53,726 nucleotides of DNA, taken from NCBI RefSeq assembly GCF_006345805.1, contig NW_021834426.1:1-53726 (forward strand), given 5' to 3'. The translations under genes and the position numbers were made by a program. Below the pieces are notes generated by a model that did no database searches, was not told the origin of the DNA, and was given only the letters and a program-made list of their open reading frames with translations. Position 1 is the first letter of the stretch. Every line of letters starts with the position of its first letter. Shown here in pieces: positions 25,525 through 38,621 of this stretch. The DNA comes from Octopus sinensis. Taxonomy: Eukaryota.

Positions 25525-26358
25525 ATATATATATATGTGAGAGTGCGTGAGGAGGTGTTTGTGTGTGACCAAATGAAAGAAAGCGACACTGAACACTTTT
25601 AGTAGGAGTATGTATATAATTAATAACAGTTTGTTTCGGCTCCGGGCACGCAGAGGTTTCTTAAGCTCGTCCATCGAATCTATCCCGTCCTGCACACCGA
25701 AACCGAATCGATTTCCACAAGCCTGACGAGATGGGGTCGATTGACGAACCTGCGAAACTTTAAGGTGCATAGAGCGGGCCTGGGAAGATAAACAAGTCGA
25801 CAGGCGGAAATCATATTGTTGATTTCTCACTTAACTTCATCTGCACAATACATTTGGCCCTACTCACAATATAGAGCCACTCCATAAATATATGCTCAGT
25901 TGTTATTCTTAAAAGTGCTTTAAAATATTAACATTATTTTAACATTTATATAAATAAACACACGCACATGTATTCGATATATATATATATATTTGAAATT
26001 TTTTGTATAAAAATACTTCATGCAGTCACAATATTTAAAGAGAGATTTCCTTAAAAGATAATAAATATTTTTTAAAGAAATCTTCTTCAAGGGACAGAAT
26101 GACAGGAACCAAAAGCAACGAGGTTTTCGCTTACATTCAATACGATAACTTCATTCTTATAGGGTCCTTTCATTTTGTTTTTTCTAAAATGTCATTTTAG
26201 ATGTTTAATAACTTTTAATAAAAGTCTTTAAACACACGCACACATACATACACACACACACATACACACACAGACACACACACACTTTCTCTCCCTCTGT
26301 CTCTGTCTCTCTCTCTCTCTCTCTCTCGCATACACAGATATATATGTATATATATATA

Positions 26359-26502
26359 GGTGTGACTGCGTGGTAAGAAGCTTTCTTCCCAACTACATAG
26401 CTCCGGGTTCAGTACCACTGCGTGGCACCTTACGCACTAGAGCTTCTGGCCGACCAAAGCCTTGTGAGTAGATTTGGTAGACCGAAACTGAAAGAAGTCC
26501 GT

Positions 26503-26568
<66 letters not shown>

Positions 26569-26824
26569 ATTATGTATGTATGTATGTATGTATGTATGTA
26601 TGTATTTGTGTGTGTGCGTGTGTCAGTATGTTACCCCGCCATCGCTTGAAAACCAAGGCTGGTATGTTTATATCCCCGTAACTTAGAGGTTCGGCAAAAG
26701 GGACTGATTGAATAAGTACTAGGCTTACAAAAGAATAAGTTCTGTGGTCGATTTCTTTGACTAACTCCCTTCAAGGTTGTGCTCCAGCATGGCCACAGTC
26801 AAATAACTAAAACTAGTAAAAGAG
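26359..26824 (+). mobile_element. SINE family A
   Basis: Colinear with 13066-13478, with an expanded internal microsatellite. Confidence 0.8.
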
Positions 26825-27310
26825 CACGTAAACGCATATATATTCATACACAAACATGAAGACAAAAAACGGTCAATATATTTTATGAAATATCCAGAGC
26901 ACAACCTAATTTTTTTTGCTTCATGCTCAGAGAAATAGAAAGAATTGATTATGTTTCGACCGTTATCCCTTCTTCGGTTAAGATTTAGAATACAAATCGG
27001 TCGACGAATAACGAAGCGAAACTAGATAAAAGAAAAAAAGAACGATGTATTAAAAAGTGCAACTGAAGAGAAAAGAAAGCACATACGTAACAGTAGTAAT
27101 AACAAAAGTACCGATAATCCTTTCTGTGACGTTTCGGACTACATCACTTCTTCCACTAAGATACAGCGTAGTATGGGGCAAGAAAAGACAGGCAAAACAA
27201 GAAATGTTGCAGGAAAAGTATGAAAAACAGCTATTTTGAGTAAAATTTAAAAAATGAATAATAACAACAACAACAACAACAACAATAATAATGATAATAA
27301 TAATGATAAT

Positions 27311-27415
27311 GTACCTAGTGTACCCTTATCAGACGGGTAGTCATGATGGGTATACTGGGCTTCGTATATTTTACCCCAGTGTCACTTTGATGGCATGCGC
27401 TGCTCTCTCACTCAG
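27311..27415 (+). mobile_element. Probable 3' tail of a 5'-truncated retroposon embedded in (AAT)n
   Basis: About 105 bp of GC-richer sequence with (AAT)n on both sides. It resembles an octopus SINE/LINE 3' end as I recall it; not verifiable from this window. Confidence 0.4.
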
Positions 27416-27428
27416 TAATAATAATAAC

Positions 27429-27487
<59 letters not shown>

Positions 27488-28557
27488 GAAGAAGAAAGAA
27501 GAAGAAGAAGAAGAAGAGAAGAAGAAGAAGAAGAAGAAGAAGAAGAATTATGAGGAGGAGGAGGAGGATAATAACTGTTGCCACAGTATAGCACGTTTTG
27601 TTGTCGTTAGTTGCGCCACACTAATCAGAATTACCTCTTATAATAATCACTTTGAGCATGTTCCTTCGGCATGCGATGAACATTCTTTTTTTTAACGACA
27701 GAAGCATTAAGGGGTATTGCTTCAGTCCGCCAGGCTACACTTACAGACAATGCATTAGAGTTTCCCCCTTTGATCGTATATTTTCGCTACTTCTAGAGAA
27801 AGTTATTAATGCTTTGGTCATCGATTTTACTCTTACACAAATGCAAGAGTAACACCACTACCAACAACAACATCAACAACAACAACAACAATAGAACGAA
27901 ACCTCTAAGCTAAGAATTTCTCGTGTGCCTTTGATCAATCGTTCCACACTTAGAGAACATGTATTCTGTCTCTTCTCTGTTGAGTTATTTCGCTTTTTAT
28001 GGGCGATGTTTTTAAGGGATTTCTGTATTTTATGGTCAGTATAAAACACACTTCTAAGCTGTTCCTTAATAACGCTTCCTCATCATCTCCAATTATTTAT
28101 AAACCAGTCTTTGTGTTTGCATTTTTTATTTGTTTTGGTTTGTCCGTAATTTTTTTTACGTAGCTTAAAACCTCTTAAAAGCCTTCTAATGTACGCGTCC
28201 TTACTGTACAGTACCAAAAAAATACAAAGAAATTGTGGTAAGTTTTTATGAGGAACGACCAGGTCTTTTGAAAATGCACATTCTATGTGGGGAGGAACCT
28301 ACTTATCAAGCCAAACCAAACCTGATACATTTTACCGTTTCTTTCGGTTATTCATACATGAAATAGGCTTCTTGGATCAATCTGTGAGCATATATATATA
28401 TATATTCTGAACGTCTTTTGAGACGGACCCAAATCTTAGAATTTCCTTTATCAAGGAATTCAAAACGAAACGCCATCAAACAGTTGTTAGGAACAGTTAG
28501 AGTTCCGCATCAAAGTTAATCGATTCCAGTTGTGGTTTATGTGCAGTAATCAGATAT

Positions 28558-28617
28558 TTAATAATAATAATAATAATAATGATAATAATAATAATAATAA
28601 TAATAATGATGATAATG

Positions 28618-28648
<31 letters not shown>

Positions 28649-28650
28649 TG

Positions 28651-28687
<37 letters not shown>

Positions 28688-28766
28688 TGATGATGATGAT
28701 GATGATAATAATAATAATAATAATAAAAATAATAATAATAATAATGATAATAATAATAATAATGAT

Positions 28767-28807
<41 letters not shown>

Positions 28808-28827
28808 TGATGATGATGATGATGATG

Positions 28828-28902
<75 letters not shown>
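28558..28902. repeat. (AAT)n with (GAT)n interruptions, about 345 bp
   Basis: Direct reading. Confidence 0.97.
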
Positions 28903-28903
<1 letters not shown>

Positions 28904-29445
28904 GGACTAATTGGATGAAAGCCAAGATAGACAAATGGCAGGTAGATTCTCAATGTAGGTTATGTAAATTAAAGGAGGTAAGTGTTACTTATATGGGATG
29001 TGCTGAAATATAACGAATACAAAAAAAAAGGCATGACAAGCTAAGGAGACTAGTCCTCTGAAAGTTACTGAAAAATAGTACGAAAAATGAATCTAGTAAA
29101 GTACTAGAAAGTAAGAAAAGAAATATAAGACATTGTGGGGTTTTAACATTCAAACTGATAGAGCTAGAAGGAGCTAGAAGGCCTGATTTAGTGGTCGTCG
29201 ACAAAGAGAATGGAAAGTGCCAGGTAATTGACTTTAGGGGCCGAAATGATGAGAAAATCAATAAGAGAGTTATAAAGCAAAACAGGTATAAAATCTAGTT
29301 TAGTGCAGCTTCAGGAAACAATGTTATTAGGGACAGCTAGGATTCTTAGGAACGTTCTTCGCATCTAAGGTTACTGGTTTTAGTTTTAGCTCGGTCTTTG
29401 GAATTTTTCTTTTCCAGCCGTCTAATCTGTTGTGCGTATATGAAA
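28903..29445 (+). mobile_element. 5'-truncated, decayed R4/Dong-clade non-LTR retrotransposon (CCHC finger plus restriction-like endonuclease region, 3' UTR)
   Basis: With stops and frameshifts: RTNWMKAKIDKWQVDSQCRLCK..GC..KRHDK; LWGFNIQTD; ARRPDLVVVDKENGKCQVID (PD..D motif); LQETMLLGTARILRNVLRI* (stop 29366-29368). (AAT)n on both sides. Confidence 0.85.
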
Positions 29446-29623
29446 TAATAATAATAATAATAATAACAACAACTGCAATAAGGTAACGTGAGACACCCTT
29501 GAAAAATATATGTAACTTAATACTTTGCTCTCATACATTCCAATCTTCGGATTGTTTTCTTAATCGGTTCACGGTCTGCCTCAAAACTAAACGCTTTGCT
29601 ATAACAATATATAAAGAACTGAA

Positions 29624-30078
29624 GGCGGCGAGCTGGCAGAAACGTTAGCACGTCGGGCGAAATGCTCAGCGGTATTTCGTCTGTCTTTATGTTCTGAGTT
29701 CAAATTCCACCATGGTCGACTTTGCCTTTCATCCTTCCGGGATCGATTAGATAAGTACCAGTTACGCATTTGGGTCGATATAACCGACTTAATACCTATG
29801 TCTGTCCATTTTTGTCCCCTCTATGTTCAGCCCCGTTGTGGGTAATAAAGAAATAGGTATTTCGTCTGTCTTTGTGTTCTGAGTTCAAATTCCTCCATGG
29901 TCGACTTTGCCTTTCATCCTTCCGGGATCGATTGAATAAGTACCAGTTACGCATTGGGGTCGATATAACCGACTTAATCCGTTTGTCTGTCCTTGTTTGT
30001 CCTCTCTGTGTTTAGCCCCTTGTGGGTAGTAAAGAAATAGGTATTTCGTCTGCCGTTATGTTCTGAGTTCAAATTCCA
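29624..30078 (+). mobile_element. SINE family B head-to-tail concatemer (about 2.2 units)
   Basis: One head; unit starting GGTATTTCGTCTG at 29671, 29856 and 30040. Confidence 0.85.
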
Positions 30079-30168
30079 TACTTTTGGCATATCAGAAAGG
30101 ACCTGCGGTTAAATGCACAACGAACAAGTAAACCTCAAGGTTTAAGTTTTCAAAATCTTACACACACC

Positions 30169-30232
<64 letters not shown>

Positions 30233-30550
30233 GATAGATAGATGCGTGAATGAATGTACTTATACATATGCGCATGTGTGTATGCATGTATGTAGATATT
30301 AACTTTCGCTTCTCTCTCTATCTCAAGATACATATAAAAGCAATTTAACATTAAACAGAGGAAAACTCAATATCTTTTGATATAGTATATATTTAATAGC
30401 TTTACAAGAAAACGTATGATAGTGACCTCGAAGTTGAGACTTGTTCATCTTCATCAGGCTCACTGATTAAGGAATTCAACACAAAACTTTGGAGTTACTG
30501 TCAATGTTTTCCTTGTAAAAGTTAATGTAAGCACACACACACTCACACAC

Positions 30551-30634
<84 letters not shown>

Positions 30635-30862
30635 TGATTGATTGATAGAGAGATAGATAGGTTTTCTACAAGTATTTTGCACTTACTGTCCATTTGGTGG
30701 AAGGACACGATTAGAGCGCAGTAATTAAATTTATAGTGGCCAACATTTTTATGACAATCACGAAAAACCGATCAAACCACAAACACAACTTAGGTAAATG
30801 AAGTCTGCAGCTTTCCTTGTTTTTGTATAGGTATATGTATGTATATATGTAAATATATACCC

Positions 30863-30899
<37 letters not shown>

Positions 30900-31041
30900 T
30901 ACGTGTGTGGGGGTATATGTATACTTGTATATATATATTTATACATGTGGGTATATACATCTACATATTTACGCATATATATATATACCTGTAGACATAT
31001 ATCGTATTACTTGTAGATATACACATGTATATATAAATGTA

Positions 31042-31089
<48 letters not shown>

Positions 31090-31443
31090 TATAGACATAT
31101 ATTATATGTGCGTGTGTGTGTGTGTTAGTGTGTGTGTGTGTGTGGATGTATCTGCGTGGTCATAGAATGGCCGAAACACAACTATTTTCAGACACTTCAC
31201 GCACTACACATACACACACACACACACACACACATATATAAACACACACACACACACAACACACACACACACACACACACACACACTCATATGCGTGTAT
31301 GTATACGTGGTGAGGGTCATTCACTGGACAGAAATGTACTCAATACCTGAATTTTCAGCCTATAGCTTTAAATTAGTAGCTCTGTCTTCACAACTTGCAT
31401 CAGCTAAACATTTCATTTAGAAAAAGAAGCTCTTTTTCTAACT

Positions 31444-31510
<67 letters not shown>

Positions 31511-31511
31511 T

Positions 31512-31573
<62 letters not shown>

Positions 31574-31804
31574 TGATTGATTGATAGAGAGATAGATAGG
31601 TTTTCTACAAGTATTTTGCACTTACTGTCCATTTGGTGGAAGGACACGATTAGAGCGCAGTAATTAAATTTATAGTGGCCAACATTTTTATGACAATCAC
31701 GAAAAACCGATCAAACCACAAACACAACTTAGGTAAATGAAGTCTGCAGCTTTCCTTGTTTTTTTGTATGGTATATGTAGTATATATGTAAATATATACC
31801 CATG

Positions 31805-31836
<32 letters not shown>

Positions 31837-32178
31837 TACGTGTGTGGGGGTATATGTATACTTGTATATATATATTTATACATGTGGGTATATACATCTA
31901 CATATTTACGCATATATATATATACCTGTAGACATATATCGTATTACTTGTAGATATACACATGTATATATAAATGTATGCATATATATATATATATATA
32001 TATAATATATATATATATTATGAATATAGACATATATATATATGTGCGTGTGTGTGTGTGTTAGTGTGTGTGTGTGTGTGGATGTATCTGCGTGGTCATA
32101 GTAATGGCCGAAACACAACTATTTTCAGACACTTCACGCACTACACATACACACACACACACACACACACATATATAA

Positions 32179-32209
<31 letters not shown>

Positions 32210-32375
32210 CACCACTCATATGCGTGTATGTATACGTGGTGAGGGTCATTCACTCACTGGACAGAATGTACTCAATACCTGAATTTTCAGCCTATAGCTT
32301 TAAATTAGTAGCTCTGTCTTCACAACTTGCATCAGCTAAACATTTCATTTAGAAAAAGAAGCTCTTTTTCTAACT

Positions 32376-32445
<70 letters not shown>
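30551..32445. repeat. Tandem duplication, period about 932 bp, with (GATA)n at all three junctions
   Basis: Unique parts 30633-31443 and 31571-32376 are near-identical, differing mainly by small indels. Confidence 0.95.
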
Positions 32446-32449
<4 letters not shown>

Positions 32450-32477
32450 TTATGATATATATCCATATATACATACA

Positions 32478-32695
32478 TACAGGGAGAGTTTACGAAAAAA
32501 ACAAAAGGCGAAGACAGGTAGTGTACAAAACAAACAGATATATTAGTATAACGCTCAGGAATAGAAAAAGTCTTTTACGTTTCGAGCCTACGCTCTTCTA
32601 CAGAAAGGAACACAGAAAAGAAATCAGGGAGAGAAACAAGGAGAGAAAATAATGTGTGTAGTGGCTACCGATCTATCATGGCGGCTGATAAATAT
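32478..32695 (-). mobile_element. Short hammerhead-bearing element, family 2 (second subfamily)
   Basis: Flanked by AT/ATAC repeats; shares stem II GAGC/GCTC and downstream TTCCTGAGCGT with 15258-15458. Confidence 0.55.
32572..32607 (-). ncRNA. Ultra-minimal type I hammerhead motif (family 2, CUGUAGA core variant)
   Basis: Minus strand: CTTT-CTGTAGA-A-GAGC-GTAG-GCTC-GAAA-CG-TA^AAAG. Perfect stem I and stem II; A6U in core. Confidence 0.68.
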
Positions 32696-32715
32696 ATACA
32701 AACATACAGATATAT

Positions 32716-32868
32716 GCGCAGGTGTATGCTGTGTGGTAAGAAGTTTGCTTCCCAACCACATGGTTCTGGGTTCAGTTCCACTGCATGATACCTTCTACTA
32801 TAGCCTTGGGCGGGCAAAATCCTTGTGAGTGGAATTGGTAGACGGAAACTGAAAGACGTCCGTCGTAT
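32716..32868 (+). mobile_element. SINE family A, 5' half, truncated by a DNA-transposon fragment
   Basis: Head through GACGGAAACTGAAAGACGTCCGTCG. Confidence 0.75.
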
Positions 32869-33165
32869 TCACCGAAATTTGGACGTCCTATCATGTCAAT
32901 GAGTGAAGAAAACGAGATGAGAGTCGCTTTAACATGTCACCACGCCGTGCATCTCAGGAACTATCCATACAGAGAACGTCTTTACGACGCCTAATGCAAA
33001 AACTGAAATTGAAACCGTATTGTCCACCGCCGGTACATGGTACCATGCTGCATTTGAATCCACTTATTTGTTCTTGACTCAAATTATTTGCCATTATTCA
33101 CGGTACCTGTAAAAAGAATTAGTAAGTTAATTATTAAAGTTTATACAAATTTTTAGCCCACCCTG
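32869..33165 (+). mobile_element. Internally deleted Tc1/mariner-superfamily element
   Basis: GRPIMSMSEENEMRV..SPRRASQELSIQRTSLRRLMQKLKLKPY (HTH region). Right end TTTTAGCCCACCCTG-TA, i.e. TA-CAGGGTGG-type TIR. Confidence 0.7.
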
Positions 33166-33378
33166 TATATATATAGGAAGAGAAAAAGAAAGGGAGAGGG
33201 AAACAAATGTATATGTATATAGGTGTATATATTGTCCTATTCTGGGGGAGGCTTTCTTCATCAATAAACACACGCCCTGGTCGTAGGGCTCTTCAGTTTT
33301 ATCATGAAACATTGTTAATCAATCGACAAATTAATGATAATTTTTTCACATTTTTCTGTCATAACAGTTTGATCTTAG

Positions 33379-33585
33379 GTGGCAAGTTAATAGAATCGGT
33401 AGCACGTAGGGCGAAATGCTTAGCAGTATTTTGTCTGCCGTTACGTTCCAAGTTCAAATTCCGCCGAGGTCGACATTGCCTTTCGTCCTTTGGGATCGAT
33501 AAATTAAGTAACAGTTGCGTACTGGGGTCGATATAATCGACTAGCCCCCTCCTCCAAAATTTCTGACCTTGTGCCTACTGTAAAA
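33379..33585 (+). mobile_element. SINE family B
   Basis: GGTGGCAAG..GGCGAAATGCTTAGCAGTATT..GTTCAAATTCCGCCGAGGTCGAC..; A-rich tail. Confidence 0.8.
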
Positions 33586-34196
33586 AAAAAATAATAATAA
33601 ATAATACTTTGATCTTTTCTCCCAACACCAAATAAGTTTAAATTTCAATCTAACCTCTTAATTCCGCGAGCAATATGGTTTGGAGGGCAAGTGGTTTTGC
33701 TTGGCTGTCCCTGGAATGGAAGACGCTAAAGCAACTGACCAAATGAATTTTACTTTCCTGCCATCTTTGCTGATAAGTAGAAACGTTGTAAATTTCTGAC
33801 GTAAATACAAAACTACAAAGTCGCATGCTTTTACGTTTCTGAAAAATATCGCCCAACAGAATTTCATCCGTTAAAGTTTACTTGCAGATCGGAAACAATA
33901 ATTTTCACAACCTAAAAAGATACCAACTATAAAACTCAGTAAGTCACCAGAGTCACCGTTTTTATTTGAACTCGTTTTTTTTTTATTTTGATTTTGATTT
34001 ATCCATTAAAAGTCAGACGCTGAATTTTATGTGTGTCGGTTCTCAGTTCGGTATCACTTGAACCAACTCTTTTTCCGATTTGCATACTTTGATTAGGCAA
34101 CACGTCTCATTAAGCTTAAGATGTTAGAAAAGAGCTTTCATTGAAAGTTTGCTTTCTCTCTCTTTCTCTCTCTCTCTCCCCTTCTCTCTCTCTATG

Positions 34197-34228
<32 letters not shown>

Positions 34229-34277
34229 CCCTCTCTCTCTCTTTTCTGACACATATTTTATACTTAACCTAACAAAA

Positions 34278-35300
34278 GGTGGTGAGCTGGCACAATCATC
34301 AAAACGTCGAAAAAAATGCCTTATGATATTTGACCCAAGTCTTAACATTCTCAGTTCAAATTCCATTTCGAGGCCCGATTTGCCTTTTATTATTCAAGGG
34401 TCATTAACGTAAAGTACCACTCAAGTACTAAATTGAGATGATAGGGTACAAATCTAATTATTATCAGTGTTTTAAGGCGTCAAACTAGCAGAATTGTTCG
34501 CATGCTGGACAAAATGCTTAGATGTGTTTCTTCCGTCTTTACGTTCTAAGTTCAAATGTTGCCGAGATCGACTTTACCTTTCATGATCGATAAAATAAGA
34601 GACGAATTTTGGGGGTGAGGGTATGGCTAGTGTAACCAACTAAACACCCCCACAAAATGCCAGGCGCTATGCCTATAGCAGAAGGGATTATTAGGGGTTT
34701 GCAATGTGGTGAGTTGCGAAAATTGTTTGCCCGCATCAAACAAATAATTAGAGGCATTTTCCCCGACTTTTTATGTTCTGGGATCACTATCCACAAAGAA
34801 TAACTTAGCCATTCATCCTATCAAGATCGATAAAATAAATCACCACTCAAGTGCTGGGTACAATGTAATCGAATAAACTCATTCCTTAAAGTTACTGGGC
34901 TTGTACCGAAATTTCAAAGAATTATGCTATTCTATTCTGGTCCCCAATATACGTGGTGAATACAAACGGTGAATGGTCAAACTCGGTAGAGCGTTGGAGA
35001 CGAATGCCACGGAGTGGCAGTTCAGAAGTTCAGCGATATGAGTTCAAATCCTCCCAAGGTCACCATTCCCTTTTCTCCTTCTGATGTTGCTAAAAAGGAA
35101 AAAAAATCAGTACAATCCCGAATGGCGGACTGACTGAACTGTGAGCAAGTCAGAACAGATTTATTGTTATTTCTTCCGGATTTGTGCATTCTAAGTTCAA
35201 ATTCCGCCGTTGCCTACTTGAGCGTTAGACTCAACTTATTCTCCGGTTTAATACCATCACCTGGTACATTTTATGCCTTTAGTGGGGATAACATTAATGA
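34278..35300 (+). mobile_element. Cluster of several old, diverged family B SINE copies
   Basis: Repeated AAAATGC..GTTCAAAT..TTGCCTTT/TTTACCTTTCAT..TCGATAAAATAA motifs near 34280, 34485, 34810, 35030 and 35180. Confidence 0.55.
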
Positions 35301-35753
35301 AAGCTTTCAAACCAAATCTCCTCTATGTGGCTATCTTCGATCTTCTCTTCTTCCAACAAGAATCGAGGGCCCTGTGAAGATTCTTGGGCGCTACGTTCCT
35401 ATCTGAGTAAAAAAAAAAAAACACAGGAACAATGCACTAAAATGGTTAGGGTTTAGATATAATATAATGTACTTAATTCCCTTGCCATAAAGCTCAAATT
35501 CTATCGAAAATAATGAAAGAGAAGTGAGCAAGTAACCCGCAAAATTACCACAAACACACATGCACTCACAATCATGAACACATACGCGCATACACTCACG
35601 GACACACATATATGATAAATAGGCCAAATTGCCAGGATTTATACCTACATAACGAAACAAATGGCAGAAAAATCAACTGCATATTTCAAATTCAATACAT
35701 CAGTAACATACATATATATATACATATATATATATAGATATATATAGATATAG

Positions 35754-35795
<42 letters not shown>

Positions 35796-35853
35796 TGTGT
35801 GTGTGTGTATGTTTGTGTGTATGTTTGTGTGTGTATATATATATGTATGTATA

Positions 35854-35887
<34 letters not shown>

Positions 35888-36499
35888 CATACATACATAT
35901 ATATGTACATATAATTATATACACATACATATATGTATGTATGTATGTATTTTGAACATTTTACTTACCAATATATATATAAATTTTAAAATCCAATTTC
36001 CTCAAATAAATGTGTATGAAGAAACGGTTTTATGTTAAATGAACCTACATCTGTATACCTGTGCGTCTATACATACATATATATATAAGCTCATATACAC
36101 ATATGGCTGAATACATAGACATACACTTACGCACATATATATGCATATAAGTATACATACATAATATATACATCATGTGTCTGTGTGTATGTTAACGGCA
36201 GTGCCCCAGTATGCTTTGGACTGAAACTAATAAGAGTGTATATATATATATATATATATTCATTTATTTATTTTCTCTTCTGGTGACTTTGAAATACTTC
36301 ATTGGATTTCAATTCTAAGAAATACAACATCTGTAACATAGACAAATCCATAAGAAACACATTTTCCAAAGTGATTCTTAATTCCTCATATGTTTTCTAA
36401 CACAAAAAAAAAATTTTACCACGAAAAAATTCCTATTAATTTTGTATTATTCAAAAAGCAATTTTATGCTATTGTGTGTGGAGAATTTGCAAATATATA

Positions 36500-36821
36500 G
36501 AGGTACAACATCGATTTTCCGGAACCAGTGGTTCCGAAGCGTTTCCGGATTACTAAACTTTCCGGACCGGACTAGGAATGGTCACCGTTCAATGGTCACC
36601 GTTTAATGGTCACCGTTCAATGGTCACCGTTCAAATATTGAATTTACTTAAATCATTAAATAAAATATAGATACCTGTACATTCGTAAAATGATACAGGT
36701 TACTTAATTCTCTATTGTAAAAGGTACCAGTAATTATTCTGGTTTTACGGGAATTCTCGTAATTTAGTACGGATCGTAAAAATTCCGGACTATCAGTTTG
36801 GGAAAGTAGATGTTGTACTTG
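36500..36821. mobile_element. pogo/Tigger-like MITE with TA target duplication
   Basis: TA-GAGGTACAACATCGATTTTCC ... GGAAAGTAGATGTTGTACTTG-TA; internal 14-bp tandem repeat. Confidence 0.6.
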
Positions 36822-37163
36822 TATGAATACATACATACATACATATATATATATATATATTATGTCATATTATATTATATTATATTACATCATATTAATA
36901 CGAACATTTGAAAAAATACATTTGAAAAATTTATCTTTTGAAATTGTTATAAAAATTCTTTGTTTGGTAACTTCAGTGAATGAAGTAAAGCACAAAATTA
37001 TTTGTTGAGCCTTGGCACAATATTGGCTCCGGTTTATCAAAATTCCAAAAGAAAATTATGGAAAATCTTTGTTGTAATTTTTGAGCATTTAAATATACTC
37101 TTACTCTGGTCGGAGCTGATGAATTTTCATACAAATATTTATAAATATATACTATTTACATGC

Positions 37164-37197
<34 letters not shown>

Positions 37198-38621
37198 GGT
37201 TGTATATTATATATATACATATATATATATAACATATATATATATTTCTGAATCATCTTATCCTTGGTTGGTAAGAGCAGCCGATATTGGACGATGTTAA
37301 AAAGGGAAAAACAAAATAAAAATATAATTCTATATTGTATATTATTACTATAATACATTATTGCCTATTTGGCTGAGAGTAAATATGTGACGCAAGTTTT
37401 TCAAAATGGATATGTGTTTGAGTGACTCAGACCCTACAATAATATATAAGGGTTTTGACAAGTTTCCCTTTGTTGTGTGGTTTTAATTTAAGAAATAATA
37501 AACAAAGTATACGAGATATGCATATTTCGAATATTTTAATCATTTGTGAAAATTTTCATAGTTTTAAATTTGAAATCTTCACGAGATAATGCCGGTCATT
37601 TTTCTAACTATATCCTGGCAAATTTTCGTGTAAGAAACCTTACATATTTTTAATAAAAAGAAACAGTTTCTGTGGCGAATATAGTACCCTGTATAGCACT
37701 CCAGTTTGTTAAGTTAACTTTTAAAATCACTGGAGATTAGCGGACATATTTACTATCAGAAACGAGTCGTGCATTTTTCCTTCACTGGTTTCGGCCACTC
37801 AACCGACACGACTATCGCGATTCTGCGGTACGGTAAGGAAAAGAATATACGATCATCTTAACTATGAAAAAAAAAAAGTTGGAGCTTCGAAAATTCGAAA
37901 GAAGAGAAAAGAATTACATGAAATATTATTTAACGATAATATTTGCTGGTGCAATGAAAACGGTTTCATATGTGACGTAAATCTATTGAATGTTGACAAC
38001 TGGTAGAGTTTTTAAAAGATCAAGTTGCTGGAGGGAAGAAGATCTTCTTAGCTATACCAACAAACTCAATTATGGTTTGGTGGTACTGCTGAGAAGGTTC
38101 GCTTCCCTAACAGTAAACTAACCTTAAATGTTAATGTGGGACTAGAAAAGGCCTCAGCTAAGAAGGTTCGCTTTCATAACTGAAAACTAACCTGAAGTGT
38201 AGGGTAAGAAAGGGCCCCACATATGTATTATGTGGTTTGAAGTTAAAAGAACATTCTAGATGTGAAGTAAACACTAATGTACTGTGGAACTATAAATAAA
38301 GATTTCATCAAATTTCTTTGTTTTGTTTTTTTGTTTTCAATTAATTAATTAAAATTAAATTAATTAATATCAAGTGTTTGTTCATTGAAATTTTTATATA
38401 AACTTATTTATGTTCGTGTTGTTGTGGATGTGATTCTTGCAGTTGTAACTGTTTAGCCTCAAATTGGCTTTGATCCCGAGTACACACATAGGAGTTAAGA
38501 CATTCCAGCCATGATCATCTCGTTCGTTTATTTTTTCAGACATTGTCTACTACTGTATTACACAATATGTTCTTCGTTTGGGTGCCGCATTTTACCCACA
38601 TCTGATTTAAAGAGTCTATAC

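Noticed and set aside
30421-30465. Minus-strand CTGATGAAG..CTTCGAGGTCACT
   Set aside because: GAAA is missing and stem I is out of register; would need a hypothetical deletion.
33826-33880. Minus-strand CGGATGA..GAAACGTAAAAG
   Set aside because: Core mutated, no stem II, and stem I offset by 2 nt.
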